From Candidatus Latescibacterota bacterium (GTDB lineage Bacteria > Latescibacterota > UBA2968 > UBA8231), in contig OZ242318.1 of assembly GCA_965208105.1 (NCBI GenBank), positions 1,952,001-2,016,000 on the forward strand: a stretch of 64,000 nucleotides of DNA. Direction: 5' to 3'. The notes beneath the pieces were generated by a model that was given only the letters and a program-made list of their open reading frames with translations, was not told the origin of the DNA and did not search any database. The translations under genes were made by a program, and so were the position numbers. Below are positions 1 to 8,146 of the stretch, one piece after another (position 1 is the first letter of the stretch; each line of letters opens with the position of its first letter).

Positions 1-822
1 ATCGCGGTCAATTCCCTGGGGATTTGGACTTCTTCCTGGTCCTCGCAGAAGATCGCGCACGTGAACCACAACGGCGACCTCATATGGATGAACGACAATG
101 GCGATTTCAGAGGGGACAGAATCTCCAACGAGGATGCGGCCGAACTCGGCATGTCAGGCGGGTCCGTTTCCACCAACATGCAGATGGGGGTCCGAAGCAC
201 AGGAGCTACGCTCTTCATGGCCTCCTACGGCAACGAGCGGGGCGCGGACTTCAGCGGCTATGGGCGCGACGGTGCCGGCCTCATGGACGTCATATTGCCG
301 TCCTCCATCGGTCCCTTCCGTCCCGAAACGAGCTGGTACCTCACCATCGTCGACGACGGGGACGGCCCCTACGACGGCGCCTACACCAGCGGTCATTACT
401 ATCTGATAACCAGGGAATTCAGCGCCCCCGAGGAAGGAAAACGGGGTCCGGGCGCGTTGATGTACATCCCCCTGGATTTGGAGACCGCCAATCTCGGCGC
501 AGGCGCGACCGCGGTTGAGGCCGTCGAGAGCGCCGGCACGCCCGACAGCTACAGCCTGGGCCGGGCCTATCCCAACCCGTTCAATCCGGAGACCACCATC
601 GAGTTCAGCGTGCCGTCTGACGGCTACGTCGAGATCGGGGTTTACAACGCGGTCGGCCAGCAGGTGGCCAGCCTGGTGGACAAGGAACTGAGCGCGGGCA
701 ACTACAAGACCACGTGGGATGCGCTCGACCGCAGCGGTCAGAAGGTGTCGAGCGGGGTCTACTTCTACCGGATGCAGGCCGGCGACTTCAGCGCCACGCA
801 TTCCATGAGCCTGCTCAAATAG
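1..822 (+). CDS. Secreted protein, C-terminal part with FlgD-Ig/T9SS-like sorting domain (5' end outside window)
   Basis: Frame open from base 1; C-terminus YPNPFNPETTIEF..VYNAVGQQV..WD..SSGVYFYRM typical of FlgD_ig/Por-secretion tail. Confidence 0.85.
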   Translation: MAVNSLGIWTSSWSSQKIAHVNHNGDLIWMNDNGDFRGDRISNEDAAELGMSGGSVSTNMQMGVRSTGATLFMASYGNERGADFSGYGRDGAGLMDVILPSSIGPFRPETSWYLTIVDDGDGPYDGAYTSGHYYLITREFSAPEEGKRGPGALMYIPLDLETANLGAGATAVEAVESAGTPDSYSLGRAYPNPFNPETTIEFSVPSDGYVEIGVYNAVGQQVASLVDKELSAGNYKTTWDALDRSGQKVSSGVYFYRMQAGDFSATHSMSLLK

Positions 823-883
823 CCTTGCCCGATCCGGGTAAAGCTGCAGATGCCGTGCGGAAGTAGATTCTCTGTCTGAAATC

Positions 884-915
884 GCGGGGGGCGGGCCGAA
901 AGGTTCGCCCCCCGC
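884..915. terminator. GC-rich hairpin with GAAA tetraloop between convergent genes
   Basis: GCGGGGGGCGGGCC-GAAA-GGTTCGCCCCCCGC; no clear U-tract. Confidence 0.55.
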
Positions 916-993
916 AGGCATGCCGGCTGAGTTGCGCGTGCTTTTCGGTTCAGCCGGCTCGCCTGGGGCACGGCTGCCCGAGCCCCGCCCGGA

Positions 994-2979
994 TCACCAC
1001 CAGTGCACCCGGTGGCCCGAGGTGGGGAACCAGATCATGTCCACGATGGTGGAGAGCACCACCCCTATCACGTAACCCACCCCCAGACCGTAGAAGAACG
1101 GCTTGCCCGCCAGGTAGGCCCTGATCCCCCCGAAACGCAGAAGCGACGCCTTGATGATCAGGATCAGCAGGAAGTTGATCCAGTACCACCACGCCGTGTG
1201 CGTCATCTGCACGATCAGGCCGATGGGATGGAGGGGCAGCCAGTGGAAGCGGTTGCGCAGCAGGGTGAGGACCCCCGCCTCAAGGAAACCAGCCCACCAC
1301 AGGACCCACTTGCCCAGACTGGGCGCGGTGGGATTGTTGATGAGGTGGACCAGGTCGTTGAACCCCCAGGTGGTCCTGCGCCACAGATAGATCGCTCCTC
1401 CCTCGGTGTAGGCCAGGTCGAGCAGCGCCCACAGGGCGACGACGAATCCCACCGGAAAGCTCACCAGCACCACCGCCGCCACCCACCCCGGCTGCCGTTT
1501 CAGCGAGAAAATCCGCAGGTGGTGCGCGATCGCCGGCCACGCCGGAATGGTGAAGTGGCCCAGGAAGGCATAGCTGGTGAAAACCTTGAAGGGCACCAGC
1601 CGCCGCGCCGGCACGTAGATCGAACCGACCAGCTCCAGGAAGAAGGCGTCTCCCTTCAGGTAGACCCGCGGCGGGTAGAGATAGGCGATGCCGCTGGCCG
1701 CCACCATCTTGACGGTGACGAAATAGGCGATCACCATCAGCCCGAAGCTGCCCACCGCCATGGGCAGGCTCACCCCCATGCTCACCGCCCACCCCACCAC
1801 GTAGAGCCCCGAAACCACCAGGCCCACCAGCGCCATCCGGTAGTTGAGCACCTCGCGTTGGTCCCCATCGCCCGAGAGCACCTGCCGCCATATCCCGCGC
1901 AGATGACGGCGCGCGATCCAGATCGACCACAGACCCACGAAGACGAGGGCGCCGTGGCTCTCGGTCCACAGGAAAAGCCGCATATCGGTGGAGGCAAAGC
2001 CGATGTCCGGCGCCCCGTAACGCCGGATCAGCCCCATTTTGAAGGTGGCCAGGACGTGGAAGATGACGATGCTGCCCAGGATGTGGACCGGACACAGGTA
2101 GACCACCATCAAAATCAGGGGCATCACCCGGATGAAGCCGTAGACGAGCCCGTGGTCGAACCAGTAGCGGTAGTAGTCCCAGAACAGGCCGAAGGTGGGC
2201 AGCCCCGGGACGAAATAGGTGACGATGTTGTGGATCTGCGGCAGGACGACCACGGCGAAGCCGATCCAGAACAGCCTCGAGCGGAAGAGCTTGGGCAGCC
2301 GCCGTTTCTGCTCGAATCCCTCGGTCAGGTCCCGCGGCAGCTGCGCCAGCGGGTAGGGGAGCTTCTCGTTCTCCTGCCACTGGTGCCGGAAGACGACGAG
2401 CAGGCAGTAGCCGAAAACCGTCGCTGCACCCGTGGCTCCCAGCCATTCGACCACCGTTTCCACCCAGCCGTCCCAGGGCACCGACATCCCCTGGGGCAGC
2501 CCGTTCCACAAGTTGTCGACGACCCTGGAGGTGGGAGGCACGAAGACCTCCCAGGGCAGGTGGCCGAAGAGGATGTCGGCCCAGCGGTTCTCGTCGTCGG
2601 CGAAGTAGGTTGGAGCCGACAGCAGGGAGGCCCAGAAGTTGATCCACATGGGGGTGACGGCCACCACCCAGGTCATGCCGAAGATGGTGAGCATCTCGCC
2701 CCGGCGCAGCGACAGGCGGGGCAGGATCAGCGCCAGCGCCGCGTTGAGGAAGAGCCACAGCACGAAGGGCATGAACGCCGACATCGGATACTGCGACTGC
2801 ACGTAGGTGCCCGAGCCCTGCTTCTGGGCGATCTGGATGATGTAGTAGAACGTCCCCGCGATGGTCACCAGGCCGAGGAGCATCGCCCGCAGGGTGATCA
2901 GCGGCGGTGTCTCATCTCCTTCGCCCGGCGGAGGGACGGGGCCCTCGGGGCGCGGCATTGTCGGCGCCGCCTCATTCAT
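994..2979 (-). CDS. Polytopic membrane protein, putative OPT-like peptide transporter (DUF6785/DUF6784-like)
   Basis: 661 aa, many TM segments; motifs QWxENEKLPYPLAQLP, WLPLHPIG, KPFFYGL. Confidence 0.7.
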   Translation of the reverse strand: MNEAAPTMPRPEGPVPPPGEGDETPPLITLRAMLLGLVTIAGTFYYIIQIAQKQGSGTYVQSQYPMSAFMPFVLWLFLNAALALILPRLSLRRGEMLTIFGMTWVVAVTPMWINFWASLLSAPTYFADDENRWADILFGHLPWEVFVPPTSRVVDNLWNGLPQGMSVPWDGWVETVVEWLGATGAATVFGYCLLVVFRHQWQENEKLPYPLAQLPRDLTEGFEQKRRLPKLFRSRLFWIGFAVVVLPQIHNIVTYFVPGLPTFGLFWDYYRYWFDHGLVYGFIRVMPLILMVVYLCPVHILGSIVIFHVLATFKMGLIRRYGAPDIGFASTDMRLFLWTESHGALVFVGLWSIWIARRHLRGIWRQVLSGDGDQREVLNYRMALVGLVVSGLYVVGWAVSMGVSLPMAVGSFGLMVIAYFVTVKMVAASGIAYLYPPRVYLKGDAFFLELVGSIYVPARRLVPFKVFTSYAFLGHFTIPAWPAIAHHLRIFSLKRQPGWVAAVVLVSFPVGFVVALWALLDLAYTEGGAIYLWRRTTWGFNDLVHLINNPTAPSLGKWVLWWAGFLEAGVLTLLRNRFHWLPLHPIGLIVQMTHTAWWYWINFLLILIIKASLLRFGGIRAYLAGKPFFYGLGVGYVIGVVLSTIVDMIWFPTSGHRVHWW

Positions 2980-3009
2980 GTGCTTGGACTCGTCGGTCCA
3001 TGGACTGCT

Positions 3010-4314
3010 TCATGGACCCGGTGATTCCAGATCGGAAGGCCGCAGCGACTTGGTCGCGAACATGAGCGCACCGAGCAGGATCAGCAACAGGACCGTGCCG
3101 ACGAGCAGCGCGTATTCGTCCAGTTGAAGTATCAGGTAGAGCGCCGAATAGAGGACTATCAGCACGAGTCCCAGGGCAGCGGCGACGGACCTCATGCGGC
3201 TGGCGAACCAGATGTAGGAAACCGTCATTGCCGCCAGGATTATCACCGACAGGGCGTATCCAGCCCCGAACCCGATATGTTCCGAGAGGGACAGCACGGT
3301 GAGGAAGAACAGCACCAGTCCGGCGCCGACGACCCCGTACTGGATGATGTGGAACCGAGTCTTTGTCACCAGCTCGATGCAGACAATGCTGACCATGGTC
3401 ATCACGATGAACAGGACACCATACTTTATCGTGCGTTCGACCGCGCGGTAGGGCGTGTTCAGGTTCAGGATGGAGTAGCCTAGATCCTTTGCCCACCCCG
3501 AGCTGCTGGCGATGCTTCGCAGCGCCAACTCGAGCTCCGCCGTGGTCACGATCGCGGGAAACCCCCGCGACAACGCATGGGTGGACCACGATGCCGAAAA
3601 CCCGCCGCCGCCGACCTCGCGCGCGTCAGGCAGGTACCTTCCGTCGAAACTCGGGTCCGGCCAATCCGACTGCATTCTGACTTCGGTGTTCTCCCCCACC
3701 GGCAGGACGGAGAAGCGTTCCGTTCCGCGCAGTTGGAGCTCGACGGTGACGGTTCCCCCCGCGAGCAGCGCATCGGGATCGAGCTCTGCCTGCACCGCGT
3801 TTCCGAGTCCGCGCAGCTGTATCGAGGCAAGGTCCTGCAGCTCGTCGCCGTTCCATCGAATGGCGGCGTCGCGGACGCCCCGGCTGTCGGAAACGCCCAG
3901 GACTACTGCGGCCTGCTCGATCTCCCCGTCCAGCTCGCTGGCATCGATGGGACCGACCTCGGCTGTCGCGGAGACGGTTGCGGTGAACACCGGAATTTCG
4001 AAGATGCCGCGGTTGCGCATTTCGTGAGAGGACTCGTGCGTCACCGTCAGCCGCACGGGCATGCAGACCACGTCCTCGCGGCGAGTTGCGGAATCGCTGG
4101 AATCCTCCCCCTCCTGCCTCAGCCTTACCAGCAGGGCCGGACCCGCAACGGCCTGCGGCCCCGACCAGGCCTGGGCGACGTCGGAAAGGGCCTCCTCGTA
4201 GTAGCTCTTGCGTTCGTTGACGAGAACCATTACCGACACCAGCGGGATCATGAGCGCGGCGATGATGCCGATGACCAGTACGAATCGAATGCTGACGGGT
4301 TCTATTCTGAACAT
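3010..4314 (-). CDS. creD: Inner membrane protein CreD
   Basis: SDWPDPSFDGRYLP, ERTIKYGVLFI, HIIQYGVVG, LSLSEHIGF motifs. Confidence 0.9.
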   Translation of the reverse strand: MFRIEPVSIRFVLVIGIIAALMIPLVSVMVLVNERKSYYEEALSDVAQAWSGPQAVAGPALLVRLRQEGEDSSDSATRREDVVCMPVRLTVTHESSHEMRNRGIFEIPVFTATVSATAEVGPIDASELDGEIEQAAVVLGVSDSRGVRDAAIRWNGDELQDLASIQLRGLGNAVQAELDPDALLAGGTVTVELQLRGTERFSVLPVGENTEVRMQSDWPDPSFDGRYLPDAREVGGGGFSASWSTHALSRGFPAIVTTAELELALRSIASSSGWAKDLGYSILNLNTPYRAVERTIKYGVLFIVMTMVSIVCIELVTKTRFHIIQYGVVGAGLVLFFLTVLSLSEHIGFGAGYALSVIILAAMTVSYIWFASRMRSVAAALGLVLIVLYSALYLILQLDEYALLVGTVLLLILLGALMFATKSLRPSDLESPGP

Positions 4315-4479
4315 GTGTTCGTTGTCCCTGGGAAATCAGGTTGAGTGTGTGGCCGCTGCAGACCTATCCGGATCGAGGCCCGGTTCGGTGGGATCGCAGG
4401 GTGCGCCCGGAAGCCCGGGAGCCGGCGGCGGAAGACGGCGATCGGGATGGGCGGCCCCCCTTGCCCAATGCCGCAACCA

Positions 4480-5298
4480 TCACGAGCTCGCTCTCAGTTT
4501 GGCCAGCTCCGCGGGCATGTGGCCCTGGTGCGCCAGCACCTGCTCCAGATGGGTGCGGCGCCGAGGTCCCGCCGTGGCCAGCATTATTTCGTCGTACATA
4601 CTGTCGATGCCGTAGCGGACGTGGGCGCTGATGCACCACTTGAGGATGCCGATGTGCTCCTCGGGCACCCTTTCGCAGCAGTTGATGGTGAACATGCGGC
4701 GGCGCCGGCCGCCGCCGAAGGAGGCGTGCTTGATGCTGTGCATGAAGACCACCACGTCGCCCGGTTCGGTTTCCACCGCCAGCGACGGTACGTCCTGCGC
4801 TTCTATCCCCCACGCATCGGTCGACTCCTTGATCACCTCCTGGAGCCGCGACGAAAAGGTATCTTCGAGCCGGTGGCTTCCCGGAATCAGGCGCAGACAG
4901 CCGGAATCCCGCTTCACCGGGTCGAGGTAGAAGGCGACCTTGACGAACCTCACCTCGCTGATCCAGCGGTCCGAATGCCACGGCGTATCGCCGACGTAGA
5001 AGTTGCCGTCCGAGCCGACGTAGTTGAAACCCTCGCCGACGAGCCCTTCGACCAGGCCTTCGATCCGGGGATCGTCCAGCAGGGCGCAAAGGCGCTCGTG
5101 CTGGTCGATGAAGGGAACGATCTGCGAGTTCCTGCTGCCGTCGTGCCGCTGGCCGTTGTTGGCCGGCCGCCGCGCCCAGACCTCCTCGAAGGCATCGATG
5201 ATCTCGCCCACGCTGTCTTGCAGCAGGCCGGGCAGGACGAGAAAACCGAAGCTCTCGAAGAATGCCTTCTGCTGCGGAGAAAGCTGAAAGCGGTCCAT
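4480..5298 (-). CDS. Phytanoyl-CoA dioxygenase (PhyH) family Fe(II)/2OG enzyme
   Basis: FFESFGFLV start, WHSD, GCLRLIPGSH, distal His. Confidence 0.85.
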   Translation of the reverse strand: MDRFQLSPQQKAFFESFGFLVLPGLLQDSVGEIIDAFEEVWARRPANNGQRHDGSRNSQIVPFIDQHERLCALLDDPRIEGLVEGLVGEGFNYVGSDGNFYVGDTPWHSDRWISEVRFVKVAFYLDPVKRDSGCLRLIPGSHRLEDTFSSRLQEVIKESTDAWGIEAQDVPSLAVETEPGDVVVFMHSIKHASFGGGRRRRMFTINCCERVPEEHIGILKWCISAHVRYGIDSMYDEIMLATAGPRRRTHLEQVLAHQGHMPAELAKLRASS

Positions 5299-5453
5299 TA
5301 TGCTCCAACTCCTTCATATGAGTCCGGGACGGCCGGCCAGCCTCCTGCCGCGCCGACCATGGATGGGGGAATGGAGTCGCGGCCCTCACTCCCGCGAGTC
5401 GACCCGGGCCTACTTGGGCGAGATTCGCAAATGAGGGAAGGTGGCGGCAGCGC

Positions 5454-6314
5454 TCATTCCCACGAGTCCACACCGGCAAGTTTGCGGCCCAGGGGCGTCA
5501 GCTCGGCGGTGGGCGACTCGTGGTGCTCACGCCCATCTCTATAGCGCCCCCCGAGAGCGTACCTTCCCGTCAGGCGCCGGCGCCAGAAGTCCACCCGGAT
5601 CCGGCGTGCTTCCTTGCCGTCGTCGCGCGCCGGCTCCATGGCGATGTATTGAGCCACGCGGGGCCGCACACCCCGGTTGATGCCGGCCGAGTGCGGCAGG
5701 GCCGTGCGCCAGATGATCAGGTCGCCGGCTTCGGCTCCGATGCGCCGGGGCGGATCGTCCCCCTCGTAGGTCCTGCCGCCAGGAGGCAGACGTTCGAGCC
5801 AGTCCTCCAGTTTCCTGTGGAATCCCGGGACGCAGACAAAGGCCCCCTGTTTCGCGGGGGTGTCGTTCAGGTAAAGGACGCCCTGCACTCCGAAGGCCAC
5901 CGGACGGTCTTCCAGGTCTGCGTCCCAGTGCAGTCCCTCTTCCTGCTGGCCTGGGTCGCGGCTCGGGGGATTTATGCTGGCGCGGTCGTGGCTGACCCAC
6001 AGCTTTTCGCTGCCGAATATCTGGCTGAAGGCCCGGTGCACGCGCGGGGCGGTGCGGTTGTTCCACAGGGTCTGGTGGTGGTAGATCTCGATCATGATGG
6101 TGCCCTTGCGGGCCGGGACCCCGGGGCCATCGGGGCCGGCCGGCCCCGGCGGCGGCTCCGCGTACCAGGTGCCCGGATCATCCGGGTCCTTTTGCGCAAA
6201 CGCCCAGATGGCGCGGGCGGTTTCCTCGGCCTGTTCTCGTGAGACGGCCTGGCGGGCGATGACGTAGCCGTTTTCGTCGAAGAATTCCAGATCTCTGTCG
6301 CTGAGCACGGACAT
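5454..6314 (-). CDS. PhyH family dioxygenase
   Basis: Start reset to MSVLSDRD (GGAGG upstream); FFDENGYV, LHWD, VPGFH, LPH. Confidence 0.85.
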   Translation of the reverse strand: MSVLSDRDLEFFDENGYVIARQAVSREQAEETARAIWAFAQKDPDDPGTWYAEPPPGPAGPDGPGVPARKGTIMIEIYHHQTLWNNRTAPRVHRAFSQIFGSEKLWVSHDRASINPPSRDPGQQEEGLHWDADLEDRPVAFGVQGVLYLNDTPAKQGAFVCVPGFHRKLEDWLERLPPGGRTYEGDDPPRRIGAEAGDLIIWRTALPHSAGINRGVRPRVAQYIAMEPARDDGKEARRIRVDFWRRRLTGRYALGGRYRDGREHHESPTAELTPLGRKLAGVDSWE

Positions 6315-6642
6315 GGAAACTACCCTCCGGTTATGCGTTGGCACCGGCCTGCCCTGGAGCCCCTTTTTCCCCTTGGCAAAATCAACCTGGGCCCTGGTAG
6401 AACCCCGCCAGGTTTGACACAGGAGGAGACGAGTATTCAATCCCTTACTTCTGTCCTTTACTTTAGATAGTGGCGCCCCCCGGTGCAAGGCGAACCCGAC
6501 CTCCCTGGCGAAGTGGATGGCGCGCATCCTGCCAAACGTTTTAACCCGCCCTCAACGCCAGTGGATCAGGTCCGTTGCCCGGGTTTGCCGGGATGGGCGG
6601 GAAGACTTTTTTTATGGACAGACCCTTGCAGGCCAGCGGAGC

Positions 6643-7311
6643 ATGATGAAGGAACTCACTCTTCTCCTCCTGACGTTCTACATGGGCGCCGCACCTGTCT
6701 TTGCGCAGGAAGCGCAGGCCGATTCCTCGCGGAGCGAACGGCCGGTGTTTTCGATGACCCCCAGCTGAGTGGGCTGACCAGGCGAAGGCGCACCGCTCCG
6801 GGGGAGCGGCATCCATACGAAGATTTCCTTCTCGGGGCGTTTCGTGGATACGTCCAGGGACCGCCCGCGATGGCGGTTCACCGCCAGCTACCGCCTGCAT
6901 CGGCGCCTGCAGGTCGGGGCCGAGCTGAATCCAAAGGCGAAGGAGGCGGGACCTCTTGTTACCCTGTTCCTGTTCACCGAGACCCGGACCCGTCCCGCGC
7001 TCTTTCTGGGCACGAGCTCGGACCGGATCGGCTCGCCGGCGGGGGAGCAGTCCTACTTCGCGACGACAAGCAAATTCATCCCCCGGCTGCGCGCTGCCTT
7101 CTACGGCAGCCTGAATTACTCCGAGTGGGACGGCAAGCTCAATCTTCCCCTCGGCGCCGAAATCGAACTGGGCAGAGGCTTCTCGCTGCGGCCCATGTAC
7201 GACGGCGACCGCGGGCATGTGATGCTGAATTATTTCGCGGCGCAATACGGTGTCAGCCTGATGTACGTTTGGTTCGAGACCCCGGGTATTTCGCTATCAC
7301 TCGGATTCTAG
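6643..7311 (+). CDS. Putative exported beta-barrel-like selenoprotein with U-V-G-U motif (in-frame TGA at 6766-6768 and 6775-6777)
   Basis: Signal-peptide ORF (MMKELTLLLL..VFA-QE) is in frame with ORF 6844-7311; the only interruptions are two TGA spaced as CxxC; hairpin follows; amphipathic beta strands and C-terminal Phe. Confidence 0.7.
6793..6809 (+). other. Putative bacterial SECIS hairpin
   Basis: CCGCTC-CGGGG-GAGCGG; loop begins 21 nt after second TGA and 30 nt after first. Confidence 0.6.
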
Positions 7312-7333
7312 TGTCCCGTCGCATGGAGGACCG

Positions 7334-8017
7334 ATGCGTTTTCGCAAGATTCTATTTCTGATTGTTCTGGCAAGTTCAGCTTCCCTTGTAGCTGAAATCT
7401 CGATTCCCGAAAAGGCCCTCTGCAGTGTCTGTGCATTGAAGGGCGGCGAGACGGAGCTGGAAAAGGTCAAGGCCCACTCCGAACATGAAGACACGCCCTA
7501 CTATTTCTGCTCCGGAGACTGCAAGGAAGAATTCGACTCTGACCCCCTGGCCTATATCCCACCTGAGTTTCCACGGCCCGCCCCGGCCTTCACCGTCGAA
7601 ACTCCCCAGGGCGGGGACAAGGCGCTGGAGGACCTGAAGGGCAAGGTCGCGATCGTGGACTTCTGGGCTACGTGGTGCAAACCTTGTCTCGAGGGCATGC
7701 CCCGGCTGCAAAAGCTCTACAACGCCTATTCCGGCCAGGGCTTCGAGGTTTGGGGCGTGGCCATAGACGAAGGTCAAAACCGGGTCGAGAAGATTGAGCG
7801 AATGGTGGACAAGTTGGATATCTCCTATCCCATCTTCCTCGAAGCGAAACGGATGCCTGCCTGGTACCTTTTCAAGGTCAAGGCGATTCCCGCCATGTAT
7901 CTCCTGGACGGAGAAGGCCGGATCGCGGCGCAGTGGACGGGAAAGATAGATTTCGAGGCTGCAGAGAAGGAAGTCCAGAGATTGCTGGAAGAAAGGGCCC
8001 AGGGCGATGAGCCGTGA
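7334..8017 (+). CDS. Exported YHS-domain + TlpA-like thioredoxin (redoxin) protein
   Basis: Signal peptide; CSVC...YYFCSGDCKEEFDSDP (YHS/TRASH); DFWATWCKPC; cis-Pro AIP. Confidence 0.85.
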   Translation: MRFRKILFLIVLASSASLVAEISIPEKALCSVCALKGGETELEKVKAHSEHEDTPYYFCSGDCKEEFDSDPLAYIPPEFPRPAPAFTVETPQGGDKALEDLKGKVAIVDFWATWCKPCLEGMPRLQKLYNAYSGQGFEVWGVAIDEGQNRVEKIERMVDKLDISYPIFLEAKRMPAWYLFKVKAIPAMYLLDGEGRIAAQWTGKIDFEAAEKEVQRLLEERAQGDEP

Positions 8018-8146
8018 GCAGGTCCGCGGCAAAGAATATGGAAAGCCGAGGTTGAGGCGCCCTGAGCGAATCCCTTGCGGTGAGTACGCTCGTCCGTGTT
8101 GCTCCCGCTCGATCCACACCATCGCAGTTGAGAACAGGAGCCTGAT

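Noticed and set aside
6844-7311. Stand-alone 155-aa ORF from GTG
   Set aside because: No RBS or signal peptide; better explained as the 3' part of 6643-7311
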